A DNA stretch of 64,000 nt from Octopus vulgaris (lineage: Eukaryota), in the NCBI GenBank assembly GCA_951406725.2, contig OX597822.1:86304001-86368000 (forward strand). The letters are read 5' to 3'. The notes beneath the pieces are model-generated. The model worked only from the letters and a program-made list of their open reading frames with translations. It searched no databases and was not told the origin of the DNA. The translations under genes were made by a program, and so were the position numbers. Of this stretch, positions 52,781-64,000 are shown in pieces (the stretch's first letter is position 1; each line of letters opens with the position of its first letter).

Positions 52781-53095
52781 ATGAAATACTATCGGCAAAT
52801 ATTAATCTGTCGTGCTGTAGTTTGTAGTTCTATCCCCAGTAGATTTCTTTTAAACTGTTTACCATCTGTTGCTTGTGGTTTGTCGTCTTTCTCTCATTTC
52901 CAGACTTCAAAACCACAGCTAATTACTTGCAAACCGTCTTATTTCAATCCTTTTCTAAGACAGAAATCTTTATCAGTCAATTGGGGAAGCAAGAAAAGAA
53001 AGCAAGCTTCAAGAATTAAACTATTAAATATGGCTTTGGAAAATCCTGAAATTGAACAAATTCTAGCCCCTTTTAGGGAAAATGTCAAGATCCAG
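52781..53095 (+). CDS. GARS1: Glycyl-tRNA synthetase exon 1: presequence-like leader (ATG 52781) and second start (ATG 53030, MALENPEIEQILAPFRENVKIQ)
   Basis: LAP-x-R-x-x-VK-x-QG start of the WHEP domain; cag|gtcagt donor. Use of the upstream ATG is inferred. Confidence 0.88.
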
Positions 53096-54899
53096 GTCAG
53101 TACTATTATTATTATTGAAATCTGTTATTCTTCTATTCCGATATTAACCGATTCCACTTTATAATTTTATCTTCTTTTATTTAATCCGACGATGACGATG
53201 TCACCGACAACGTGGAACTTGGAGCAATTGTCAAACGAAAATTGCTCTGCAATTAAAGTATTACTTCTGCAATTTAAAGACTTTTTCTCTTTTTAAAATC
53301 TTTGTTTTCTTTGTCTGTCATTGATTTGTCCCATTTGGAGGTCGATTGTGTTATCTTTTCATTGAGTAGTTGAAAAAAAAAAAAAATAATAGAAAGAGCG
53401 CAAAACAAAAACCAAGTATTTAAAAGGATAATTGTAAAAAATTTGTAATCTTTCCCTTCAAAAGAATTTATATTTCGTTGATAATAACGGGAAGATAGGA
53501 GGTGGTGACCAATTATAGCGAAAGGTAGTGGGAGGGGGTGGAATCTGTTTTCTTTCGACACAAGGAACGATCGTAATGCAGATTGTCACGAACCTGGGAA
53601 GTGTCCGAGACTCACCTGAATGCAGTCAACTGTGACAAATATGATAACCAGTTGATGCGCAAAATTGTGTAACTCCGGAGATGGAAGGGTTGTTGGCTGA
53701 TGTAATACCCGACATCTGTTCACCTTAATCATGTGTACAGCTTCCGCTAATATATTCGCAAATACATTTAGACTCGAGTAAATCACTGGAATTTCTAACT
53801 AAAAGAAAAAAAAATCTTTTGCTGTTGCTACTTTATTTGAGATGTGAAAACCACCCGGGTACCCTCGACGACCTACCGCCAATTTAGGCCTTTGTCACCG
53901 ACTCTATTCTCTGCTCTATACATTGTATTTTTCATTATAATTTTGGGGTCTAAATAAAGTGAATTGAAATAGATAATGACAGAAATTAGATTTACTAATC
54001 TGTTTGCTTTTCCTCCAGATTCCTCGATATCTGTCTAATTCTGTTGTATTGTCAGTAACAGATGGTCTTTATATATTCAAGACTGAATTTAATAAATATT
54101 GGAAGAATTTAAAATGTTATCTGTTTTTCTTCGTGTTTTTCAGACATTAAAACAGAAGTAATTATCAATAGCTAAAAACATTTCAGTTATTTTCAATTGC
54201 ATCATACTTCGCCCAGAAATGCTGACATCAGCTTCTTTTACTGGTCGTATTGTATTGCTATGTTAATAGTTGTTTCTCAAATTCCAGAAGCCAGGCTTAT
54301 GAGTTAGAAAGGAGAGAATAAATGTGATTTTGTGACGCTCATGTCTTAAGGAAAGACATGAACGTCACACACTCTCATTCTTTCCTTAAGACATTAACTA
54401 GCTTTGCAGCTGAAATGTCTTTTGTTGTGAATTGAAGCAAAAATTTACTTTTTAAATATTTTTGTCTACCTCTCTCCTTCCCACAGTATATATATACAGG
54501 CACAGACGTGGCAGTGCGGTAAGAAGTTTTACTTCCCGACTGCATAGCTCTGAGTTCAGTTGCACAAATAATCCCAGGCAGGCTAAAGTCTTAAGTGTGA
54601 ATTTAGTAGACAAGAACTAAAAGAAGTCCACCTAGCACAAAGCCACCTTCCTCACTTGTGCTGGTGCCAGGTAAAAAGCATCTAGTACATTCTGTGAAGT
54701 GGATGACATTAGGAAGGGCATCCAGCCATAGAAACCCAACCAAAACAGATAGTGGTGTCTGCTGCAGCACTCCAGCTTGCTAGCTTGTCAAACTATCCAA
54801 CCCATGCCAGCATGAAAGAATACATTAAATGATGATGATGATATGACAGCTAGATGAATATACACACTGTTATAAGATTTGTTGGGTCAGGTGATGCTA

Positions 54900-55757
54900 T
54901 TAAACTATGCAAAATGAGGAGCCTACCATTCCTAAACGATCACATTATATCTCATTATTGTCTTTGGTGATGCCTACACCTCCTTTTGGCTCTCAAATTT
55001 CTCCCATCCTGATGTTGTTGGTGCAGAAGCTAAATCTTTCGCATTCTCGTCTCTGTATCAATATTTTATCCCTCTTCACATCTCACATCAGTTAATCCAG
55101 ATACCCCTTGATCTCTTTAAACCGTAACCTCCATCAAACTATCTCTGCACTGACCAAGTCATCCAATCATTGCTTCATCACTATTCAACATATAACCACA
55201 TAATGCATTTTGTCACTCCTCCCCCCCCATCCCCTATGGCACTTCAAGTGTGTCACCTGCTTGGAGCTCTACTAGTTTTATGCTAATTATCCCTAGATGT
55301 ACACACATTTTACCCCTAACCCCTCAGAAACAGCTGGGAAGGTAAATGAAACTATCCTTTTAGGTATGTCCCTCTGCATCCCACACATACAAAAACTCAT
55401 GGTCCTGAGGCCCTCAAGTGGTTTGCTCATAGCTGCAAATAACAAAGCCTATAATGAAATCCACCCATTCCTCCAAACTGGGCAACATTTACCAATCAAC
55501 CAAGTCTTTGCAAAACACTGTTTGAACTGCAAAAGATGCCTTTGTGCACTGCACAATTCTCAAGCTACCTTCTCAAACTCTAGCTGATCTTTCTGGTCTC
55601 TTTGCCAAAAGAATCTGCACCAACTTTACAGAATTCGTTTTTTCACTTCCCAATTATGATGGCCCCATGAGCAGCACCCAATGGAGAATGCTTCCACTTT
55701 ACATCCAACTACACATCTTCAAATCTATCCTGTTCCACTCCACCAGACTCAATAACT

Positions 55758-55791
<34 letters not shown>

Positions 55792-56450
55792 TGCCATATG
55801 CAAAAATACCTTTAGTTGCTTCCACAGTCAACAAAACTACCAACTCTGACAGTCCCTCTATTACCCTCAAACACTGGACCCCAAAGCTTATCACTGTACT
55901 TACCATAGCTTTTAAAGGGACATACCCTGATCTTTGGAAACACCAGGAAACCCACTCCTCTGACCTTGCCAACTATTGTCCTATTGCACATCCAATAATC
56001 TCAAAGGTAATGGAGATAGCCATGAACGATGATGTTCTCTAACATCTCTCTCTCTCCCCTTCACCTCTAGTATAATTTCCATAGAGCCAGAGCCATGGTG
56101 CTCCCTGTCTCCTCTGTCATCCATGTTTGACCTTTGAAAAACCCAGTGAAAACAATATTCTTGTTTGGATGCCTACTCTTATGTAGATATGATCTTTCAT
56201 TTCTCTCTTCCCCAGCCATGCATCATCCACACACAACCTGGACACAACACACTAAACCTACACTAATTCCACAAACGGAAACCTCAAAAGCTTCTTTCAA
56301 TGGAGATATGTCGATATTGTCTCTGTTAACAGCCAAAAGCACAAACACTAATTGTATATTAAAAAAAAAGCCCCAAAAACCTCACCATTCCTCACCCATT
56401 CATCTCTCTCTCTCTCATCATCCAACCCTAACCCAGTCTTTCCTCAATAT
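54900..56450 (+). mobile_element. Decayed CR1/L2/Jockey-group LINE
   Basis: C/A-rich strand bias; ORF 55791-56042 has SDLANYCPIAHPIISKVMEIA, an NYRPI-type RT start motif. Confidence 0.6.
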
Positions 56451-56460
56451 TTGATCCTTC

Positions 56461-56668
56461 TAAGGCAGTGAGCTGGCAGAAATGTTAGCATGCCTGGTGA
56501 AATGCTTAGCAGTATTTTGTCTGTCTTTACATTCTGAGTTCTAATTCCACCGAGGCCAACTTTGCCTTTCATCCTTTCGGGGTCAATAAATCAAATACCA
56601 GTTGCATACTGGGGTAAATCTAATCGACTGTGCTCCTCCCACAAAATTTCGGGCTTTGTGCCTAGAGT
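56461..56668 (+). mobile_element. tRNA-derived SINE (family of 23342-23576)
   Basis: taaggcagtgagctggcagaa...ctttgcctttcatcctttcggggtc. Confidence 0.8.
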
Positions 56669-57238
56669 ATCATCATCATTGTTTAACGTCCGTTTTCCAT
56701 GCTAGCATGGGTTGGACAAAATCTCCTTTTTCCTGCTCATGTCTTCCTTGCAGGTGGTGTTCACTTGCAACAATTCAAACAATACATTTAATGACATTCA
56801 TCTCACTATTTTCAGAATGTCTGTAAAAGGAGTGAGACATTATTCCTTCCTCTCAACCCAGCAAGAAAAAAAAAGGCATAAAGTTACTGTAGATCCGAAT
56901 ACTTAAATTTGACTTAAGGTTCTTTTTTTCTTTCTATTTAAGAATATGCTTCATTTTTATAAGTATTTAGTTTTTGATAAGTAATTGCAGTGTTGCCTTA
57001 GGATGTTCTGATTGCAATAATATGGTTGACTTTCTGTCATTCTCAGATCATTTGTGGTAGTTTGAAGGATTTATTGCTTTGTAATTTTGGAAAATATTTA
57101 CACTGTTCCTCCTTTCTAGGATAGGAGCCATTGAGGGAGCTTTTGTGCTGCTCTTTAACAGTTTAGTATCACAGCTGCATTTCTTTACTCTCTTTAAAGG
57201 ACAATGGATTTTCAGTTGTAAATAGAACTACGTGTTTT

Positions 57239-57389
57239 TAGTAAAGATTGTTTGCCAACATAACATGGCAGTCCTGGTTTAGGATGAATGTTGCTGTAAT
57301 TTAGCCCCAGATGTCTCCTGGGGCTAAATTACAGCAACATTTGTCCTAAACCAGGACTGCTATGTTATGTTGGCAAACAATCTTTACTA
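57239..57389. repeat. 72-bp inverted repeat with a 7-nt loop (fold-back MITE-like)
   Basis: 57239-57310 versus 57318-57389, three DNA mismatches. Confidence 0.92.
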
Positions 57390-58449
57390 CAAAATACTGT
57401 TGCTGAATATCTCTCATTGTGAGATTTAAAAATAGTAATTTTCTACTTGTTTTTAGTTTGAAATCTTGGGACAGCATTACCCAAGGACAAAACCCAAGTT
57501 GACAGTGAGAATGTGTTTTGGGATCAACTGTTTCTATTTCATTGAATGGTTCTAGCAGAAGTTGGATATTGCTTAAATAATAAGCTAGAGCCTGGAAATT
57601 ACATTAAATTGATTAGTGACATAATTGGTACATTAGTCTATCATTTCATGCTTTGTAAAAGGTTTTTCACACTTTGCTATTATTATATATTGTTTAAAAC
57701 ACGAGGCCCTAAAGGCTTCTATACACAACTTGTCTCTAACAAATTTCTTCTCCGCAAACTATCTTCTTACCATCCATCTCTCACTCTTCTTTCGCATTCT
57801 TGTCAACTTATCTCGCCACTAATCCTCTGACCACTTCGCTTTTATTCCCCTCCCTATCACTTGAGGGTACACCCTCACACATCTTTACCATTATCTCTCT
57901 CTTTTCCAACTGGAGTAGCCATGTATTTCCTCTGCAGCAAGACACCTGTTTCTGTCCCTCTTGTTACCTGGCATAAAGGCACTTCCCTCAATACTGAGTT
58001 GAGGGCTCTTTGTTTTACAAGTTGCTTAGGGATCTCACTAGTGCACATAGTACACTCTCTGTAGAGTGGTTGGTGTTAGGAAGGGCATCCAGCTGTAGAA
58101 CCCATGCCAAAGCAAGCAGAGAAGATTGGCACAGTTCTCTGGCTTGCCAGCTCTTGTCAGTTTGGAAGAAAGACATCAAATCATGATCATGATGTTACAC
58201 AAATTCATAAATTCTGCATTTTGTAGCTTTAATCAGATGAGGGATAAATCTCCTGCACACATTACCGATCTTTGACAGGTAACTTTGAAACCTGTTTTGG
58301 TACTTATTCCTGAAAATTGGATGAAATGTGATATAAAGAATAATGTGACTTGTGGATTTAACTTTTTCAAGTCTAACTGATGCTCCAAAACCTGATTCTC
58401 CCTACTGGTTTTCCACTATATTATTTATCACAAATTACTTTGGAATCTA

Positions 58450-59145
58450 TTCATCGTCATGATCATCATCGTTTAACGTCCGCTTTCCATGCTAGTATGG
58501 GTTGGATGATTTGACTGAGGTCTGGCAAACCAGATGGCTGCACCAGACTCCAATCTGATCTGGCAGAGTTTCTAGAGCTGGATGCCCTTCCTTACGCCAA
58601 CCACTCTGAGAGTGTAGTGGGTGCTTTTATGTGCCACTGGCACGTGGGCTATTCAGGCGGTACTGGCAACGGCCATGCTCAAATGGTGCTTTTTATGTGC
58701 CACCTGCACAGGAGCCAGTCCAGTGGCACTGGCAATGACCTCGCTTGAATGTTTTTTCACGTGCCACCAGCACAAGTGCTAGTAAGGCGATGCAGGTAAC
58801 GATCATGCTCGAATGGTGTTTTTAACGTGTCATTGGCACGGAGGCCAGCTTGTTGCTCTGGCCATGATCTCACTTGTATGGTACTCTTAGCGCCCTACTA
58901 ACACGGATGCCAGTCATTGAATTTGATTTCGATTTCACTTGCCTCAACAAGTTTTCGCAAGCAGAGTTTAGTGTCCAGTGAAGGAAAGGCACGCATAAGT
59001 GGACTGGTTAGACCCCTGGCATAGGCTACAATGTTATGGTCTCACTTGCGCTTGCCGAGTCTTCTCAAGCACAGCATATTTCCAGAGGTCCCGGTCACTA
59101 GTCATTGCCTTGGTGAGGCACAGTGTTTGAAGGTCATGCTTTACT
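58450..59145 (-). mobile_element. RTE LINE 3' end with full tail
   Basis: Same tail as 7843-8400; (ATC)n end. Confidence 0.8.
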
Positions 59146-59427
59146 ATTATTAAATATTAATCCATTTCATCTCTAACTAAAGAATTATTATCATCATCAA
59201 CTGGTGGTCAACTGAATCTATAATTTTGGTTTGGTTCCTGGTTGAATCAGTTAATTTTACAGAACTTGTCCTGTATTTTAGGTTGTAGTCAATAATGTGG
59301 AGAAGAATGGTCTTAGGTAATGGTGCAATGATCCTGTAAAAATTATGGCAAATTTAGATTCATTATTGTCAGTTGTCATTTATATTTAACAAAAATTTGT
59401 TAATTGACATTGTAATTTATATTTTAG

Positions 59428-59529
59428 GGAGATTTAATTCGCAAGTTGAAAGCAGATAAGGCAACAACTATTGACGTCCAACAAGCAGTGGCTGAATTGA
59501 AGATCCGAAAACGAGCATTAGAAGAAAAA
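59428..59529 (+). CDS. GARS1: GARS exon 2, WHEP domain ([12 protein letters not shown]...[15 protein letters not shown])
   Basis: WHEP-TRS consensus; tttag and gt sites; 102 nt. Confidence 0.95.
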
Positions 59530-60315
59530 GTACAAGTTGCTTTATTTTTTGTAATTTATTATTAGATCTGTTGTAAGGAAACAAATTCTTTATTTAATTA
59601 TGTATTCTTGCTGATAACTCTCTCTACTGTTCTGTTGTGTCCCTTGGCAAGGTATTTGACTCTGCTTTAACCCTGTTTTGTTGGTAAAATGGATTCAGTC
59701 ACTATTTAACAAGAAAGTGGTTTACAATTGATCATTGATGGGAAGGAACAGTCTATTTCTCTGCTATTGAACCACTGTTTTGCTAATTCTTGATTTCTTA
59801 AACAATTATAAACTTTAAAGAAAAAAAAAAATGAGTTGAGAAGCTTATATATTTAATGCAGAAAATGTCTTTGGTTGGGAATCAAAATTTGTCTCCAAGA
59901 TTTTCCATTTCCTGTGCAGTCCATGATGATTTTACTATAATATTGATCTCTTTACTCTTGACATTGGACCAATTTCTGTTGGAGTGATGGTGAAGATGAC
60001 TGAAAGTACTTTAGTATTTTGCTAGTACTTTATCAATCAGGAAAGTATCATGAGTAAGATCAACTCTGCTAGGATTTGAGGACCAAGAAACATTTAGGCT
60101 GGCCTTCTGCCTCCTCTCATTCCTTACTGCTTTCTGTTTTACAATAATGTTGAAAATCTGCTGAGTGTCAGGTTGAGGTTGTGTGGAGTGAAGAAACTTT
60201 AAGTATTTTCCTGGACTTAGTCTTCAACATCCAAAGTTAGCCATTGATATTGTTCACAAAGTTAACAAGGATTTTTGTGCCTCATACTTCATTACGTTTT
60301 CTTTAATTTCTTTAG

Positions 60316-60415
60316 GAACTTGAATTGACCCCTAAAGACGATTTTGATCGTACAAAGATGGAAGATCTTTTAAAGCAGCGTTTCTTTTATGACCAATCCT
60401 TTGCCATTTATGGAG
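60316..60415 (+). CDS. GARS1: GARS exon 3 ([33 protein letters not shown])
   Basis: Matches the eukaryotic GlyRS RFFYDQxFxIYGG motif; splice sites intact. Confidence 0.97.
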
Positions 60416-62050
60416 GTAGGCATTAATTCTTGGAGTCACTTGTTGCGATAATATGAAATAGTTAAGATTCATTGATATAAGTTTTTATTAATAATCCTAT
60501 CCTGTTTCCACTTCATCTTTCGTTCTCAGATAAGTAATTAATTCTATGTGATTTTTGCACAGATAATCATTTGTGGTTCACAGCTAGCAAAGTTGATGGT
60601 GTGTTAGCCTCCGGACCAAAAGATCACTGGTTCGCATCCTGTTGTCATTGCTGTTGCTATCTTGCTGACACTGGTTCTTAATTCTCATTGACTTTGAACA
60701 CCTCATCATGAGTTTGCCAGGATACTAGTGTTGACTAATGATTAATTTAGTTTCAGGTAAAATTTGCTCAAGCACAGAACCTGAAATATAATGGCATTCC
60801 AATCCAGAGAGAGGTGGGATTGTTTCTCAGTTCCTTTTGAGTTTTGAAAACTGGCATAAATCTGTTTCATACATTCCTGTTCCTGGTTATGCAAAGGAAG
60901 ATAAAACAAAATAAAACAACTTCAACAGTTTTTCAGTGAATATCTTAACCGTTTAGTGCTCAGATTATTCCCTCAAAATGCAATGCACCTTTCTTCACAT
61001 TTTGAATTAATTGATCAGCTTTCAATAATGTAATTATTTTTAGGTTGACATTGTAGAGTAGGTGTGAGAAGACAGATCTACCCGGTTTGAACATAAAACT
61101 GGTAGAATATTTGGTCGGATACAGCCAGTTTATATGCCAAAGAGTTAAAAATATACAAAATATTTAATAATTGGAAATTGAGGTGAACAATGAATAACAT
61201 GCTGTTGGTGCAAATATGAAAAAAGAATCCTTTTGATACACTTAAATTCTGCTGCAGAGAATTTCAAATATGTACTATTTTCTGCGTTAGCAAGAATTTG
61301 TAACTAATTCTAAGTTCCATTTGTAATAATTTTGGCTACAATTTTTTGATTGGTTGCATAATATCTCTTTTCTATTGTTTAATGTCCATTTTCCATGCTG
61401 GCATGGGTCGGACAGTTTGACAGGTGCTGGCAAAGCTAGGAGCCTTACCAAGCTCTGTTGTCTGTTTTGGCATGATTTCTACAGCTGGATGCCCTTCCTA
61501 ATGCCAACCACTTTTTTATGTGGCACCAGATGATAATAACCAACATATTCTTACAAAGGAATGAATGTCTGTAATATCCTAATTGTTTAAAGCAAAAATA
61601 AACAAATAACTTGAATGTTCCAGTGAAGTCAATAAAAGATGGTATGATGTGTGTATTGTTACACACATCATGGATAACAACGGTTTCTTCAGTTGTCAAA
61701 TTGTGATGTTAAACTGGATAAATAGTGACGGTAGAAACTATTGATCTATAAAAACAGTTATGTCCTTTCTTTCACTTTTTTTTTAGCACTAAACAAATTA
61801 TGGCTGTTAATGCTGTGCATGTGTGTTTGTGAAATGTTTAACGGTTCCTATGTGAATTGTTATCACAACATGAATGCAATTCATAAATGAACAGAAGTCA
61901 TTACGGGAATCAGGAAATTAACAGAGAGAATTTACAAGTGAAACTGTTGTTGCTGATTAGTGGCTTTGTTATGGGGTCCTGCTGGGAAGTTTACCAAAAT
62001 TTGCATCTGAATTCCCAGTTTTTATAATGTCATGAATATTTGTTTTGTAG

Positions 62051-62192
62051 GTGTGAATGGGTTATATGACTTTGGTCCTACTGGCTGTGCAGTAAAAGCA
62101 AACCTTCTGCAAGCATGGCGGAATTTTTTCATTCTGGAAGAACAAATGCTGGAATTGGACTGTGCTATGTTGACCCCTGAAGTTGTCCTTAA
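62051..62192 (+). CDS. GARS1: GARS exon 4 ([47 protein letters not shown])
   Basis: Class II motif 1 region GLYDFGPxG; tag and gtaagt sites. Confidence 0.97.
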
Positions 62193-63047
62193 GTAAGTAT
62201 ACACACACACCCATATATATACACACACACATATACACATGCATACATTGACATATATACAAGGGGATTCTGAAATCTCTCACAATTTTATTTTTATATT
62301 TTGTTACAATTTTATTTTTCTAAATTTTAATACAATCTTTGCTATTTTGTTGTATTTTTTGATATGCATACATGCCATTCTCATTCAGTGTTTGTTTTCC
62401 ATTCTGGTATGGGTTGGACAGATTGATAGGATCTAATTAGCTTGAGAACAGTTGGCAAAGTTTCTATGACTAATTGCCCTTCCTATCACCAACAACTTCA
62501 CATGGTGTACTTGGTGCTTTTTTCCATGGCATCAACACCAGTGAGGTGGCCAAGTAACTCATAAGACAAGATCCTTAGACAGAAAGTAAAAACAGGGGAT
62601 GGAGAGAAAAGAAAGGTTTGTGTAGAGAAGAACAGTATAAAAGCATAGGAAGGAGAGAGAAGATGCAAAGTGACAGAGGACAGGTATATAGGGGTGGATA
62701 TAGTAAGAAAAGGGGGTGTTGATGGTAGATATCAGAAGGGTTAAGGAAAAGGGTAGAAAGATGTCAGTTTTACTTATAACTCTCTAATATTCCTTGAATG
62801 ATCTAATTTTGCAAATCTATTCAATTCATCCTGTCTAATGTTTATAAAACAGCTGGAAAACTTGTATTTTCACTTTGAGATGTTATGGTCTAACATCTTT
62901 TTAAAGTTCTCTCATTTTTTAAGCTCTATTTTATAGAGTATGTAATAATTATATATATATATATATAATATGTTTGTTATATATTTATATGTTATGTATT
63001 ATGCAAAGTATAAATAATCTAAAAATATTTTTGCTGTATTTAACTAG

Positions 63048-63136
63048 GGCCTCTGGTCATGTTGATCGTTTTCAAGATTATATGGTAAAAGACTTGAAGA
63101 ATGGTCAGTGTTTCAGAGCTGATCATTTGATTGAAG
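63048..63136 (+). CDS. GARS1: GARS exon 5 ([30 protein letters not shown]); gene continues beyond the window
   Basis: Encodes the SGHVD and FRADHL motifs; tag and gtaaat sites. Confidence 0.97.
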
Positions 63137-63359
63137 GTAAATTCTACTGAATTTTATTTTATTTACTTAATTTTTTGTTATTCCAGAATTTGTATTGTTA
63201 TTAATTTAATGAAATAATTGATGGAACTGTTGAGACTGTTTTACTTAAAATTTTGTTTTTACATTGTCTTTGAGAAAACTGTTTCATACTCTCAACCAGA
63301 ACTGATCCTACAAAGTTTTGGTGTATTAATCTTAGGAAATGTTGGTGTGTTATTATTAT

Positions 63360-63796
63360 TAAGGCGATGAGCTGTCAGGATGGTTGTAGCTCAAGGGGTA
63401 AAATACTTAGCAGCATTTCATCCATCTTTCTGAGTTCAAATTCCACTGGGGTCCACTTTGCTTTTCATCCTTTTGGGGTCGATAACATAAGTACCAGTTG
63501 AGCACCATGATCAATCTAATCATCTAACCCCCTACCCCCAAATTTCAGGTCTTTTGCCTATAGTAGAAAGGATTATTATTATTAAGGTGGTGAGCTGGCA
63601 GAATCGTTAGCCTACTAGGCAAAATGCTTAGCAGCACTTTGTCTGCCTTTACAGTCCAAGTTCAAATTCCACTGAGGTTATCTTTGCCTTTCATCCTTTT
63701 GGGAGCAATAAAATAAATACCAGTCAAGTACTAGGGGTGATGTAATTAACTTACCCCTCCCCTAAAAATCTGCTGGCCTTGTACCAAAATTTGAAA
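63360..63796 (+). mobile_element. Two tandem tRNA-derived SINE copies separated by (ATT)n
   Basis: Heads aaggcgatgagctg at 63361 and aaggtggtgagctggcagaa near 63584, each preceded by (TTA)n. Confidence 0.8.
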
Positions 63797-64000
63797 TTTT
63801 TTAAACTTAACCAGACAAAGCACCAATTGTCTTCTACTATGATCTTGGACTGACCATTGTCCTGTGTGTGAAATTTACTAGAGAGAGACTGGACAGAAGC
63901 CCTTTGTGTGTGATTACTATTTTAATGTTTGTTTTTCCATTCTTGCATGGGTAAAAAATGGAATTCGTTCAGGGATATTTTCTATGGTTGCCAACCCTCA

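Overview
AT-rich, repeat-dense animal genomic DNA. The repeat families look like those of an octopus or other coleoid cephalopod, which is an inference. Three spliced genes were reconstructed by hand with GT-AG introns and consistent reading phase. (1) The 3' six coding exons of a YjbQ/UPF0047-family gene (+, 1177-15905), four of them only 20-42 nt. (2) A complete 10-exon mitochondrial tRNA t6A threonylcarbamoyltransferase gene, OSGEPL1/Qri7/TsaD (-, 52551-20285; 1332 nt CDS, 443 aa). (3) The first five exons of glycyl-tRNA synthetase GARS1 (+, from 52781), head-to-head with OSGEPL1 with only 229 nt between the ATGs. GARS exon 1 carries a uORF, a weak-context ATG opening a presequence-like leader, and a strong-context downstream ATG. 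Introns are filled with decayed RTE, R4/Dong-like and CR1/L2-like LINEs, tRNA-type SINEs, Tc1/mariner remnants, piggyBac-type and Helentron-like non-autonomous elements, and microsatellites. Most notable are the dsRNA-forming structures (inverted repeats bracketing single exons, 72- and 101-bp fold-backs) and two minimal hammerhead-ribozyme-like motifs. No CRISPR, rRNA or true tRNA gene was seen. Repeat boundaries are approximate.
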